Counted from the first letter of the stretch, positions 42,435 through 55,711 are shown. The stretch: DNA of 64,000 nucleotides from Eledone cirrhosa (GCA_964016885.1 OZ024740.1:282286001-282350000); one strand, 5' to 3'. The notes: a model not told the origin generated them from the sequence alone. Translations and numbers: made by a program.

Positions 42435-42900
42435 ATGTATGTATGTATGTTATTCTGGTTTTATAATTTCACAAAGTTTTACTTTTACCAATAGAGAGAG
42501 AGTCGGTTTCTAACATAGACACAAGACTCTCTCATTGGAATTTACACAACATCAACTAGGTAGATATGTATGTATGCATGTGTAGATATGGATGTTATTG
42601 TATGTGTGAATGTGTATGTTTTGAGTTGTATGTGTGCATGTGTATATGCTTTGTATCTGTACATGTGTATATGCAGTTATTAGATGCAACATTTTTGGAA
42701 TGTTTTACATATTTTTACTGTTCCATTAATGGATTGTACTTGTAATTTCCTAACTAGTTGTGTTCTTTCTGTTCCTGTGAAGCCTAGATTTTCAAGATTT
42801 GTATTGAGGCAGTTACTAACATACCCCAGTGCCCCAATAATCACAGGTATAAATCTGAAGGTGTAATCAGGGTGGAGTATCTGCAGATGTGTATATGCAT
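42435..42900 (-). mobile_element. Third R4/Dong-type 3' fragment (the copy hit by the RTE)
   Basis: Nearly identical to 38300-38750; LHPDYTFRFIPVIIGALG. Confidence 0.88.
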
Positions 42901-42908
42901 GTATGTAT

Positions 42909-42974
<66 letters not shown>

Positions 42975-42979
<5 letters not shown>

Positions 42980-43645
42980 CATGAATCCGGCTTGTTGTGG
43001 GTGACGTCTGATCTAATGGCGGGAATAGTACGGCTGAGGAGGATATTAGTGAAGAGCTTGCTTGTGATGGAGAGGAGGATGAAAACCCTGTGGTTGCTGC
43101 AGACAAGTTTGTCGCCCCTCCGTTTCCAGAAGGGAAGGATGATGCCCCAGGCTCAGTCATTTGGGAGCCACTCTGATACCGATGCATTGTTGACGATGCG
43201 GGTAGGCCACCGGATCATATTATCTCCACCCACCTTCAGTATCTGCGCGGTGATAGTGCAGATTCCAGGGGCTTTGTGGCGTCGTTGGTTGCTGCTGTGT
43301 CTGCAGTGAGTGTTAAGCAGGGATCGATTGAGATGGCTGGGTGATAAAAAAGGCGGTTAAAGTGTTCTTCCAGCGTTTGAGGCAGGTGTTTTCTGTGGTG
43401 ATGATGTTGTAATTGGTGTCATTCACCAGGACTGTCATGATCCTGGGGCCGGCATGGGCTCTGTGAAGTGTGCTGAACACCTGGCTGAGGTCGTTGTTCC
43501 TTGCCGCTGCCTCCAGGCGCGCATTCATCCCAAATTGATCTACCGCCCTCCGACTCCATATTGAAAACTCTCAGAAGTTCTGCAAAGATATCCACCTCTA
43601 CGTCGCGATCGTTGACCGCAAAGCAGCTTTCGACACGGTTGACCA
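42975..43645 (-). pseudogene. Degraded RTE-like fragments
   Basis: LEAAARNNDLSQVF..CLKRWK; GYVVNRVESCFAV antisense-RT signature. Confidence 0.55.
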
Positions 43646-43649
43646 CGTA

Positions 43650-45640
43650 TCCCTTTGGAAAAGGACAGTTAGATTTATTTCTACAATTACATTTATCTGA
43701 ATTTATGTTATTGGGAGCCGTAACATTACATTGGATATTGCTAGGGGTATTAATGCTATTCTGGTTAGATTTTAAGTTTCTATTATTAATTCTATTAATA
43801 TTCTGCGCTAAATTCATAGTGGTGGAATATGAGAGTTTAATAGTATGTCTATTAAAGATTGAGTAATACCCGTGTGTCTTAGGAAAGCACTTATCTAGAG
43901 CCTTAAAAAATAATTTAGCTGTAGGAGTTTTAGTACTTAATGAGAAAGGGGGAGCGAACCATAATTTATTTCTAGTTCTATTTTTTCTTTTGATTTTCGA
44001 GTTAGTGCAAGGTTTCCTATTATAATTATATTTATAGTTATGGTTAATTGGCACATCCTTATTGTCAATGTATTTAATTTCATTACTATAGCCTGCTCTA
44101 CCTAACACTTCGTTATAATATTGTGCCTTATCTTCAAATATATTTTTATTCGCTGAAATTCTAGAAATACTTTGCTGCACAGAATTTACAATAGTGTTTT
44201 TAACGGATCTGGGGTAATTGGAATTAAAGTTAACATAGTTTAAATTCTCATTTATTTTATGAAATGGATAATAAAGACTTATAAATAATTAATAATAATT
44301 AAGGTTTAAAGTTACATCTAAAAAATTAACTATTTTATAATTATTCTCTACTTCTCCTTTAAGATTAACGCTATTAAAAAATTGTATAATTTCTTTTCTT
44401 TTCCTATTTATTTCCCAATTATTATTATTTTTAATAAATAATAGCATATCGTCACGATATAAACCACCGGTCATCTCGGTATTTTCCTATGTAAAGTATT
44501 GTTAATAAAAAGCCCCCACAAGATCCGTTAATTGCGCCGAGTCCGATGACCCCATAGTGATATCGAAATTGTTATCCCTATCTGCTCTAGTCCAAAGGTG
44601 GTTGCTAAATTTAATTAATGTTTTACGTGCAGTTAAGATAATGTGCATTTCATTGCTAGTTAAAGCTGTATATTTAAATGCATATGTAAGGGCTTTATTA
44701 AGTAGATTAGGAGTGATAGATGAGTAATAATTAGCAATATACAATTGAAGGAATTTATTGTTATGTTTATATTTAATGTCCTTAAACCAGTCAATAACTT
44801 CATTAGTCCCATTCCATAATTTTAAATAAGATATTTCCTTAAGTTGTGGTATGATTCTATCTAAAATATTATTGCTAAGTATGCCAAGGTCCGATTTAGA
44901 TGGTACAATCAATCTAACTGGTAATTCAATTATTAATATTAAATTATTAAATTAAATCTTTAATATTAAGGCAAATTTTAATCTTTTATTTTTATTTCTA
45001 ATTTTTAATTTTAATCTAATTTTTCAACCTATCATTATAAGTATTGTAATCAAAACGTAATGAACACTGCATTATAAATATTATTCTTCCACGTTAAACT
45101 TATTTCTTCTTTCACTTAGATATACTTACGCTGTGTATATTTCTCCTTTGAAACTTATTTCTTCATTCACTCTATCTTCACTATCAATATGTATAATCGT
45201 TCTTTCTTTCCTCTTTTATCTTTCTCCTTTCTTTTTTTCTTTTTCTTTTTCCTTTTTATTTCTTTTCATCTTCCACCAGTTTAATTTAAATAAACCGTTA
45301 TCTTTTCAACCTTTCGGACACTCATTTGCATACTCTCTCATAAGTTTGTATTACCCTCAATAAATGTACTATCTCCACTATCCAGGAAGCTCCAACCGTT
45401 AAGGTTGTCTTTTTTCCGGGTATGTCAATATTTATTTATAAAACAAATCTGTATTTCATCTGATGAAAGCGCACCATAATTTGCCTTGGTTGCCCTTAAA
45501 ATATGTATAATAAAATAAATATGGTTTTATAAATATAGTTTCCATTTATTAATATATTGTGTATTTACTACACTAACTTGTTGAGTGCTTTATATCAGTT
45601 ATAAACATTTTTTAAGCTTGTTGAATCCCAACAAATTAAA
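43650..45640 (-). mobile_element. Penelope-like element, probably Nematis clade, pseudogenised, with inverted HHR-bearing repeat at its 5' side
   Basis: PSKSDLG, FDITMGSSDSAQLTDLVG, GGLYRDDML, FLDVTLNL, WFAPPFS, CNCRNKSNCP; GIY-YIG part lost. Confidence 0.82.
45452..45517 (+). ncRNA. Hammerhead ribozyme, family B (G12->A mutated)
   Basis: tatttcat-CTGATGA-helix II-AAA-ATATGTAT-A-ataaaata. Confidence 0.55.
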
Positions 45641-46013
45641 TATAACCTCTGCATATATATATATATATATATATAAGCAAGAAAGTAAGTGTTGGTAAAA
45701 TCCAGTACTCCAGTATGCAGATAGGGAGCACTCAACGAAGATATAAGTTCCGGAGTTATAATAGTGACGACACATAAGCCAATTGCATGAACACATAAAC
45801 CTTTATGCTCTGTGTTTATAGTGTTGATGGTATCAGAGCCACCTGCCTCTTTGAAGTCAAATACCAACCCTACTAGCATCTACAAACTGACCAATGAGAA
45901 TTAAGACTATTCCTGCTGAAAACATTAAATTATTCCTAACAAGCTCATATGTCCCAAGGCTCTGATACCATCAACACTATGAACACAGAGCGGGTATATA
46001 TAAGAACTGACTA

Positions 46014-46071
46014 ACTGCCTGATGAGGTCATAACCATTCAATGGCTATCATCGAAATATATATATAGCAGT
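46014..46071 (+). ncRNA. Minimal type I hammerhead ribozyme, family C-like
   Basis: ACTGC-CTGATGA-ggtcataaccattcaatggctatcatc-GAA-ATATATATAT-A-GCAGT; right arm of inverted repeat 45760-46120. Confidence 0.8.
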
Positions 46072-46112
46072 AAATAAAGGATTATGAGTTCATGCAATTG
46101 ACTTATGTTTCG

Positions 46113-46181
<69 letters not shown>

Positions 46182-46386
46182 GGTTCAATTATGCTAAGCA
46201 GACAAAAAGCAAATTCTTTAAGCGGTTGTGTTAACACGGTGTGTTAAATTACACAGAATGGTCGGGTCTTTATAATCACACACACGCGCGCGCATACACA
46301 CAAACATTCACACCCGCACACCCACACTCACGTACACACAAGCACCCCCCATATGTGTGCAACATACATACAGCATTTAACACAGC

Positions 46387-46431
<45 letters not shown>

Positions 46432-46482
46432 ATATATATATGTGCGTGTGTGTCTGTGTATATATATATATATAGAGATGTA

Positions 46483-46530
<48 letters not shown>

Positions 46531-46782
46531 GAGAAGAAAGAATACTGCGTGGTTGCACATGGGTTACATATGATAAAAATAGTCCTTCATCAGTGATTTT
46601 CCAACCTTCATTGGTATATATATATATACAGCTGTGTTAAGAGGGAACACGTTAATTCTATTTTCCGGCCGACCCACCCGATAGCTCTATTTGCAAATGA
46701 GGCTAATCAGCCCATGTATATATGTGTCAAAACTATATTTTTTCGCCTATATTGTGTTCTACCAAAGAGCAGGGTAGGGGAG

Positions 46783-46833
46783 AACTGTCTTGATAACGAC
46801 GAGAGTCAGAAACGATGATCGTCGTCAACAGTT
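46783..46833 (+). ncRNA. Candidate hammerhead, U3-A8 variant
   Basis: AACTGTC-TTGATAA-cGAC(gaga)GTCa-GAA-ACGATgATCGT-C-G(tca)ACAGTT. Confidence 0.55.
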
Positions 46834-46993
46834 ATCCACCCTTGCTTCTGCTGGAATCCGCTAGATGGCGCTACGTCATCAGTTTCCAAAATTCATAACT
46901 TAAAGGCTTTCAAATATTTATGAATAAACATACCGTATAATCGTGAGATATTCAAAGTACTCATATATATATATATATACATTACATACATAA

Positions 46994-47027
<34 letters not shown>

Positions 47028-47225
47028 TTGTGAGTTTGTGAGTTTGAGTTTGTGTGTATGTGTGCGTGTGTGTATTCGTATATATGTACACACACACACA
47101 CATATATATATACATACATATATATATATAAAAATGAGATAATCGGAATAAGTAAAATTCAAACAATCTTTCAAAATAAATTCAAAAAATATAATTTAAA
47201 TATTTACCTATCATTATTGCTTTTG

Positions 47226-47380
47226 ACATGCTTTCTAGCATAGTTACGTCCCTTTACGATCTGAGTTCAAATCCCGCCGAGGTTAACTTTGCCTTTCATC
47301 CTTACGAGGTCGATAAAATAAAGTACCAGTAATATACTGGGTAATTGCTGGCCTTGTGCCAAAAAGTAGAAACTATTATT
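47226..47380 (+). mobile_element. SINE family 1
   Basis: Same body sequence. Confidence 0.85.
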
Positions 47381-48239
47381 GCTTTTGCCGACGGTTTCGC
47401 CTCACAAAAGAGTGGAAATCCCATGAACTTCCAATGGAAAGTTCGGCTCATCAGAAAGCATTTACCCTTACATAGGACATAAAGTCCCACAGCCGGCAAA
47501 TATATTGCCTTCAGCCAGCTAGTGCAGGATCGAATGGGGCCGTAAACGTGACCTACACGTGAACAGGTCGTTATTAGAAGCGTGAGTAGCATAGACGTGT
47601 TGTTTGCCACACCACTAAAAATAGCAGCTAGGTAAACAACAGATTTTTTCTCTACACATGGGAGAATTTACATAAAATGAGATCAATATCCCCACAGGTA
47701 CTATATATATATATATAATTGTAGAACACTGGAGGGTTATATCAGTAGTAGTAGAGCACTCAGTCCATGGGACCAGTTTGATAGAAGTAATTCCACAACA
47801 GTTAGTTCACCATACCGAGAACAACTGTTTCTTATGTATATATATAGATATATATATACATATATGTATATATATGTATATATATAGATATAGATATAGA
47901 TATATACACGCAGGAGATGCGACAGATAGATAGCATCATCAATGATATATGTGTGTATGTGTGTATGTGTTTGCGTGGGAGTGTGTTTATATACATATCA
48001 TTATATTTCAACTTCGCATCTGTCCCTGAATGTCCAGATTGTAGATTTGGAATTGTGTCAGTCTTTCAGCGTGAAATTGTTTCTAGTATTTTAGATTCCC
48101 TCGCATTTTACTTGAATCACTCAGAAACTAGTTCTTCACCGTGTGTTGAATTTTCTTTCGGTTTTCTTCTAATTCTGATACGAATTAGGGCGAAGCTTTA
48201 TAATTGCGCAAAAATTGTACACACAAACGGATACACAAG

Positions 48240-49950
48240 AATACTTTGCGGTCACGAAATAGAAACACGAAGAATGAAATCAAATAAACAGAAGACGGAG
48301 AGTGACGCTCCATGAGGTACGAATCTACTAAAAAGCAGATGTTGACTTTAATCAGCACATGTTACGAACAGATGTAACATTACGACTGAAAAATATCCTG
48401 AAACAGAAGACGAAACCTGTTGGATTACACAAGGAAGAAAAGCTGTAGAACACGGAAGAAGACACGGTTTGAAGCAAAAATAGATAAAGCATGAAAAACC
48501 CGCTACAATGATTGAAAGTCCCCTTGCAAAATTGTCATTGAACTCGTCAGGATAAAAGGTTCATTAAGTAATAAAAATGGGGAAGTGCTTTGACAGCTGA
48601 AGAATACATTACTTGTTGGGTGCAACACATCCATGCGGTACTGAACCAACCACCCCCAACAGTGTGAAATGTTGAAGATGAATCACATATGGGAAGAAGA
48701 CAAAGTGATGAAAGCAGTGAAATTCACAAAGTGTCTGTCTATATCAGATCCCATCTGTATTGTTGAAGTACGATATTCGAAGTACTGTTGCTTCATTGAC
48801 TAAACTGTTGACGCAACGACAGTGTATTCCAGCGAAGAAGAATATAGCCCATTACAACAACTGTAGTAGAATTACATTTTTGTCAATCCCTGACAAGATC
48901 TTTTGATGAGTTTGTGACGACATTCATGAAAGCAAATGGGAAAAATAGGCGGAGTTCACATAAGAATGGGCATGTTTACAATCTTCAAGATATGGTTGAA
49001 ATTCAAGCGATTATTTTCAATAAATGTAATAGATTAGAAAAGGCATTCGACAGCATTCCTCAAGAAGCTAGGTAGAATATTGCAAACACAATGGTTTCCC
49101 CTAACATTAAAACTCAATCTTAGATGCTTTTATCTTATCTCTAGTTGCTGAGGGAACAAAGAATATAGAAACATTAAACATTTGAGATTACCGGAGTCAC
49201 CGCCAACTGTTCTTCTTCCTAAAACTCGTGACTTTTATTACGAAAAGGCAAGAGACAGAAAATAATATAATTGTTTCTACGTTTGGCACAAGGCCAGCAA
49301 TAACCCAGTGCATTACTGGTACTTTATTTTATCGACCCCGTAAGGATGAAAGGCAAAGTTAACCTCGGCGGGATTTGAACTCAGAATGGCAAGGGCCGTA
49401 ACTCTATGCGTCAAAGCATAGCGTCCGACCCTCTAAAGATACTGCCAGAAAATAATTTAATGTTCAGTGGAAAGATCAGAGCCGTTTGGTCGATCTGGAC
49501 TTGACTGATGAGATAGTATTTTTGGCAGAAACTAAAGATATACTACAAGAACTGGCTCAGTGCAAATGTAAATTGACGAAGGAAACTGGACTGAGTATGA
49601 TTGCAGAGTAAAAGGAACACCTACTTGAAGTAAAAAAAAAATTGCTGCGGGAAAAAGCCTATTCCTGAATATTAGCAGTGATTTGTGTGATGATGCAGGA
49701 ACTGAAACAGATGTTAAAGGAAAAATTGGAAATATGTCAGCAATATTTGAGCGCAATACGAAATTTACTCAGTGAACAGACTCATGATACGCATGTAAAA
49801 CTTGCGAATGTGAAATGTAAAAGAAAACTGCTAAAATCGCTAAAATATTGAATCGCTTTCAGCAACGTTGCTCGAAGAAAATCTGGAGAAACATAGAAGT
49901 CCGCAGCGGAGGAGCCATTCCAAGACAGTGGAACAGAAGGAAGAAATCTT
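48240..49950 (+). pseudogene. Highly degraded RTE-like LINE, interrupted by a SINE at 49266-49448 (-)
   Basis: Remnants of RITFLSIP, LEKAFDSI, DLD.TDEIV, YISSDL..DAGTETDVKGKIG. Confidence 0.5.
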
Positions 49951-50053
49951 GTGAGTGGTGTGATTGACTGACTTACTAAATCCCCACAAATGTACATATA
50001 TACATACTCAAACACACGTATGTATGTATAAGTATATATATATGCACACACAT

Positions 50054-50087
<34 letters not shown>

Positions 50088-50088
50088 G

Positions 50089-50165
<77 letters not shown>

Positions 50166-50166
50166 G

Positions 50167-51585
50167 CCAGCGGCCTCCCCGCCTTCGCCCCGGTATGTAG
50201 CGTACTCACATTTATGTATAAGGCACCTATTGGCATCTAACGTAATGCCCATATTCCTTGAAATATAATATATTAAAAGGTATTTATATATTGCATAACA
50301 TAGTTTAAAAGAAATTATTTAGAATATCTCAATACAGAAATTAATAAAGAAAACAATAACAAAAGTTCCTGAACTTGAGTATATACAATGTTTTCAAGTT
50401 TTATTTCTTTGGAGCATATATGAAGAGTTTGTGTGGACTTCTTACTCTGAAACAACTTACATATAATTGACCATGTGAGAAACATCCCTCCTCTAGATGG
50501 AGATCGGCAACACGAAAATGGACATGTGTAGGTATTAGCGGTATACTAGGTATAAATACGACGTGACCCTTACCAGTGAAGATTTTGGCTTCAATAATGT
50601 GAGGCTGTAGCTCAGTCACAACCATACACTTCCCGTTGCACAATCATGGCTGATCCAGGTTTCTCAGAAGCATGATGACTGTGTCTTTCTTCAATTCAAG
50701 GTTGTGTGGCAGCATACCAGAGACAGTTCTAGACTGTTGAGAAATTCATCGGGATAATGAAGAGCCTCGCCCTCGTCGACAACTTTGTCGATAGATTTAT
50801 AGGTCTGGCTACCTCCAGGGATCATTTGTGAGAGATCTTTATTAATAGCTTGCGCTGTGATATTTTTGGGGCAAGGATTACACACTCACTCCTTATTTTG
50901 GAATAAGGAATTTCAAAATCGGGGAACACTTCATTAACGCTTTCACAACAGTACAAAATGATGAAGGATCAAAACACCTTTCAGTATCAAGGGATTGCTT
51001 TTCTATAAATGTAAACAGCTGAGATGTGTCTATCTGTAACTTCGAGGGTCACCCTACCCTTCCTACCTCTGTTATTGGCATTGACGAAATCTCTGAGGCT
51101 GGGAAAATCCGATGGTCAACCCCTATCAACACCTCTCTACTGCTGATATATCGTGTTGGAAGTTAGATACCTCGTTGGACATATTTTATTTTTGTAGCGC
51201 AAACATGGCAGCATCAGACCCATGGTTGACGTAATAGCACACACACTTTATATGTTCACCACTGAACCCTCATTCCATTTTCGGGGAAAAGGTGAATATG
51301 GACATGTTGTGTGACAGATTAGTTGAAAACACACGAAAAGATCTTCGCTATCCCAAGAGGGTGCTTTAGAATGAATTTAAACTGCTGAGATGTGCTTATC
51401 TGAAACTCCAAGTTTCATCTACCCTCATCGCCTCCATTTTCGAGAAAATGACTCAGGAGTTGTTGGCCAGGGAATTAAATCGGTCGGTAACAAACGAAAA
51501 CATCTAGAAATGATTTAGTTAGATAGAGAGAGCGGGAGGTGAATTGAGTGAAAGTTGAAGTATTATTTCCCTCTCTATATATAGA
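50167..51585 (-). mobile_element. Helitron derivative with PIF1-like helicase fragment
   Basis: MCNG..IIEAKI, VFIP.IPL, FSHGQLYVSCFRV, YPDEFLNSL; GC hairpin then CTGG at 3' end, TC start near 51585. Confidence 0.7.
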
Positions 51586-51687
51586 TAGCATGACGCACGA
51601 ACAGACAGTCCCTGTGTGCTAGAAAGAGCAGTAAATTCTCCCCAAAGAATCCAGCCTTTATAATTCTCGGCAAAGGCAACTGAATGT

Positions 51688-51737
51688 GTGGTCTTGATAA
51701 ACGCTCACAAGCGTGAACCAGACTGTCTGTTGGCCGC
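51688..51737 (+). ncRNA. Candidate hammerhead, U3-A8 variant (A15.1->C)
   Basis: GTGGTC-TTGATAA-ACGC(tcacaa)GCGT-GAA-cCAGACtGTCTGT-T-GGCCGC; related half-copy at 5761-5783. Confidence 0.55.
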
Positions 51738-51897
51738 TCTCTCTTGTTTTTGCCAAGAATAAGTAAGTGATATAGTCACTACTTTAAAACTTATAGTGAA
51801 TGGTCATCTAAATGTTTTTAATTAAACATACAGTATATTGCCAAATATACTATACATACATTCATGTATACATCGCTATTTCAGAGTACAAATACTA

Positions 51898-51928
<31 letters not shown>

Positions 51929-51980
51929 GTGAAGGCGTGTGGCTGAGTGGTTAGAGAATTGGATTCACAATCTTGAGGTT

Positions 51981-52081
51981 ATGAGATTCTACAGGACTAG
52001 AACTGTTTCATTCTTTAGAAATCATCAGGATTCCTGATGATTTCTAAAGAATGAAACAGTTCTAGTCCTGTAGAATCTCAT
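51981..52081. repeat. Perfect palindrome of two family A hammerheads
   Basis: Centre 52031; preceded by a truncated SINE-2 tRNA head at 51931-51985. Confidence 0.92.
52029..52077 (+). ncRNA. Type I hammerhead ribozyme, family A
   Basis: GATTC-CTGATGA-tttctaaagaat-GAA-ACAG(ttctagtc)CTGT-A-GAATC. Confidence 0.85.
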
Positions 52082-52087
52082 CTATAT

Positions 52088-52139
<52 letters not shown>

Positions 52140-52146
<7 letters not shown>

Positions 52147-53541
52147 AAACTGAAATTGTCTGTATGTGTCCTAATTTTTGCAAAGTCTATACAAATCCAC
52201 ATTTCTACTCCGATTGACTTCAAATTAATATATTCCTTGCGGTCTAAAGATATTAACTACAGCTTTTATTTTTCAATTTTCTGTTGTTAAATGGGTGTTA
52301 GGCGCCGGTTATCGATCTCTCTGTCTTTCTTAGTCTGTCATTTTAGATAGATACATAGCTATAAGGTCGCGCCTTTATAATATCTGTCTGTATGTCTGGC
52401 TGTCTGCATTACGACATTACGACAAACATTTTTCTCATTGCTGACGTATTATCTTCGCTATTTTCCTGTTCATTGCCAGGGAACGTCTTCACGAACCAAA
52501 GTATCGTCTACCTGTTTTCCTTCGGCTGCAACGCTTTCCGAAATATTTACTTCTGCGTTCACAGATTGATTTTTTTTTAGAAAGATCCCGACAAGGATGA
52601 AAGCACACTGTTACTGCTGCTACCAAAAGACTCCCATTACCACTCAACTTTCACCTTTGCGTTATACATTTCCATCCGCAGGCCAACATGGAATGGTCTT
52701 CATAGTAGTCAGTTTATTGAGGGAGAAACAGAAAGGTCTCGAATTTGCCGTCCAAAAAACCCATTGACAATAACGAAAACCGCTAACATCAACGCAGAAT
52801 GATACATTGCAGGTCACTTTAACCCGTCATTTATTAATCAAAAAACTTCTTGCCAATAAACATTAACTCTTTGTGCTCCATTCATCTAACTGTAGACCAA
52901 CAAATACCAACTAAACGGAGCGTTGACAAATACGATGGCGAATGAATCTTCGAGGTAAGAAGTTTCCTCCCGAGCTGTTAGTTCACGTGAAATTCTCTGC
53001 TACACCTTTTCATAATAATACCGAACAACGTACAGCTGGTCACTCCTTCCTCCAAAAGCAAGCCGTACAAAGCGGACATGTGTATCGAGCAGATGGATCG
53101 GGTGCAAATCTACACCAGGCCTACGCGAGAAATTCGCAAGGGACTGCACCGAGAGGGATAGAGAGAAAGAGTAACTTAATGGAAAGAGTGCGAATGAACA
53201 TTTGAGGTAAGTAGCCTACGCCTTACTGCTATGACACTGGAACCTTCTGCCAACTTAACCTGTGACTTTCTCTTTCACATTTACTCCAATAGACAAAAAC
53301 AGAGTGGAAACGCCGGGGGACAACTGTCACAGAAGGAGTATGAAAAGAAGGGGCTCAACAATATTTCTATGAACGTAGACAGCTAAACTGTACTTTCAAC
53401 TTCTTAATTTTCTCCAAATAAAGCAAGTTTCCTGTCGGTATATTTTCGTGAGTTTTTAACAGGCACTCACAAATAAACGTTTCTCATTGGAGGTGCTATT
53501 ACCAATGTTCTTACCCGTGCAACGCCGGGATACACTGCTAG
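52140..53541 (+). mobile_element. Non-autonomous Helitron-like element
   Basis: 3' CCCGTGCAACGCCGGG hairpin followed by CTAG then T; 5' TATATAAAA..GTCTGTATGTGTCC lost into (TA)n. Confidence 0.65.
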
Positions 53542-54192
53542 TATATATATTTATATATATATGTACATATATTCGCGCACCTTGTCTTTTCGGTGGATGG
53601 TGGTTGAAAATGAGAGAAAGTAGGTGGGTCATTAAATTCTGAAGACGTTTCAAAAATAGGTCATTAAAGAACGCACATTTGAAAATTGTTATAATGTTAA
53701 CTGAATGAATAATATTATTTCTACCACTTTTATCTGATCTACATCTATCTAAGGCATTATATGAATACCACGTAGAAAATTGAATAGAAATATATCATAA
53801 GAATGCATCATATCACAACACGCTTGGGGAAAAGTAAATACGCCATCGCATTAATATAATGGATGATGGAAGAAAATAAAATAATGATAAATAAATAAAT
53901 AAATAAAAACACTGGGGCCATTGTTTCTTGAAATAAATTTCAAGTTTTTCCTTCAATGACGTTTAACTTATCTATTTCGAAGGGATGAGAATGTAAAACT
54001 CGGTGGCATTTGAACTTGGGTCATAATGACATTTCGACCGACTCTGTTCTGTTTCAGACATTCTCAGAAAACTCTAAAAGGAAATAAGAATTTGAATTGG
54101 TGTTAAATATTTTCTAGTTCACACTTTGAACTTTAACATTGTATGTACACGCATACTCACAAACACACAGACACAGACACACACACACACAG

Positions 54193-54282
<90 letters not shown>

Positions 54283-54299
54283 ATACACACACACACACA

Positions 54300-54338
<39 letters not shown>

Positions 54339-54692
54339 CACAGAGGAACACACACGCGCGTACACACAGGCAGACAGACACACACACACACACGCACAGA
54401 GGAACACACTCACCATCACACGTCTATGTTATTACCTCTTCACAAATATTAATTACTTTTGGATCGACATGATATTTTAGAAGTATCTCTACTTAATGTA
54501 GTATATGAATGAAATGTATCATATGACTGTTTTATTAGAAAAATACATAATTCACGGTAGAAGTTACTACAGAACAAAATATTTAGTTTTACTTTATCTC
54601 TATAAAATAAATCAATTACTGTATCTTACCAAATAACGTTGGTTTTACTTTTTTCTTTATACATCTCGAATGAGATAAGGAGGGACATACAT

Positions 54693-54745
<53 letters not shown>

Positions 54746-54898
54746 TATATATATATACACTCTCTCTCTCTATATATACAGTGTATATATATATATATAT
54801 ATGTGTATATATATATAGGGATATATATATATCCCTCCTTATCTCATTCGAGATGTATAAAGGAAAAAGTAAAACCAACGTTATTTGGTAAGATACAG

Positions 54899-55081
54899 GC
54901 GGTCGATTGGCAGTATCGGTGGAGGGTCGGACGCCATGCTTTCCAGCATAGTTACGTCCCTTTACGATCTGAGTTCAAATCTCGCCGAGGTTGACTTTGC
55001 CTTTCATCCTTACGGGGTCGATAAAATAAAGTACCAGTAATACACTGGTTAATTGCTGGCCTTGTGCCTAAAGTAGAAACA
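54899..55081 (+). mobile_element. Full-length SINE family 1 with 19-bp TSD
   Basis: TSD GTTATTTGGTAAGATACAG at 54880-54898 and 55082-55100; box A TGGCAGTATCGG, box B GTTCAAATC. Confidence 0.93.
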
Positions 55082-55673
55082 GTTATTTGGTAAGATACAG
55101 TAATTGATTTATTTTATAGATTGTTCATACAATCTATGAACAAATGGAAAATACATAATAACCGAAAAAAATGAATTAAAATGTATTAACTATTTCAATA
55201 ACTATTAAACTTCTGGATAAACTACTGATACAGTCTGTTTTGCCAAAAATTAGTGGCTGGGATTTTCAACAGTAGTAAAAATTATCTGAACAGCATACCT
55301 AGAGATAATTTAGGTAACTAAATATTGCACATGGTGTAAAAGAACAAGTAAAACCTCATGTGACAGACAGCACATAGTGGCATGAATTAGTTACCTAAAT
55401 TATCTCTAGGTCTGCTGTTCAGATAATCCCAACGCCTGTTGAATGGTCCTAGGATTACATGACACAGCCACTAATTTTTGGCGAAACAAACTCAGTTGTT
55501 TGTCCAGGAGTTTAATAGTTATTGAAATAATATATTTTAATTCATTTTTGTTTTTTTTGGTTGTTATGTATTTTTCGTTTCTTCATAGATTATATGCATA
55601 GCAACAGAGTTTTTATACTTTGAGCTCATTAATTACAGGGTATTATCACGAGTTTTTAACCCCGTTTTTCATT

Positions 55674-55711
<38 letters not shown>

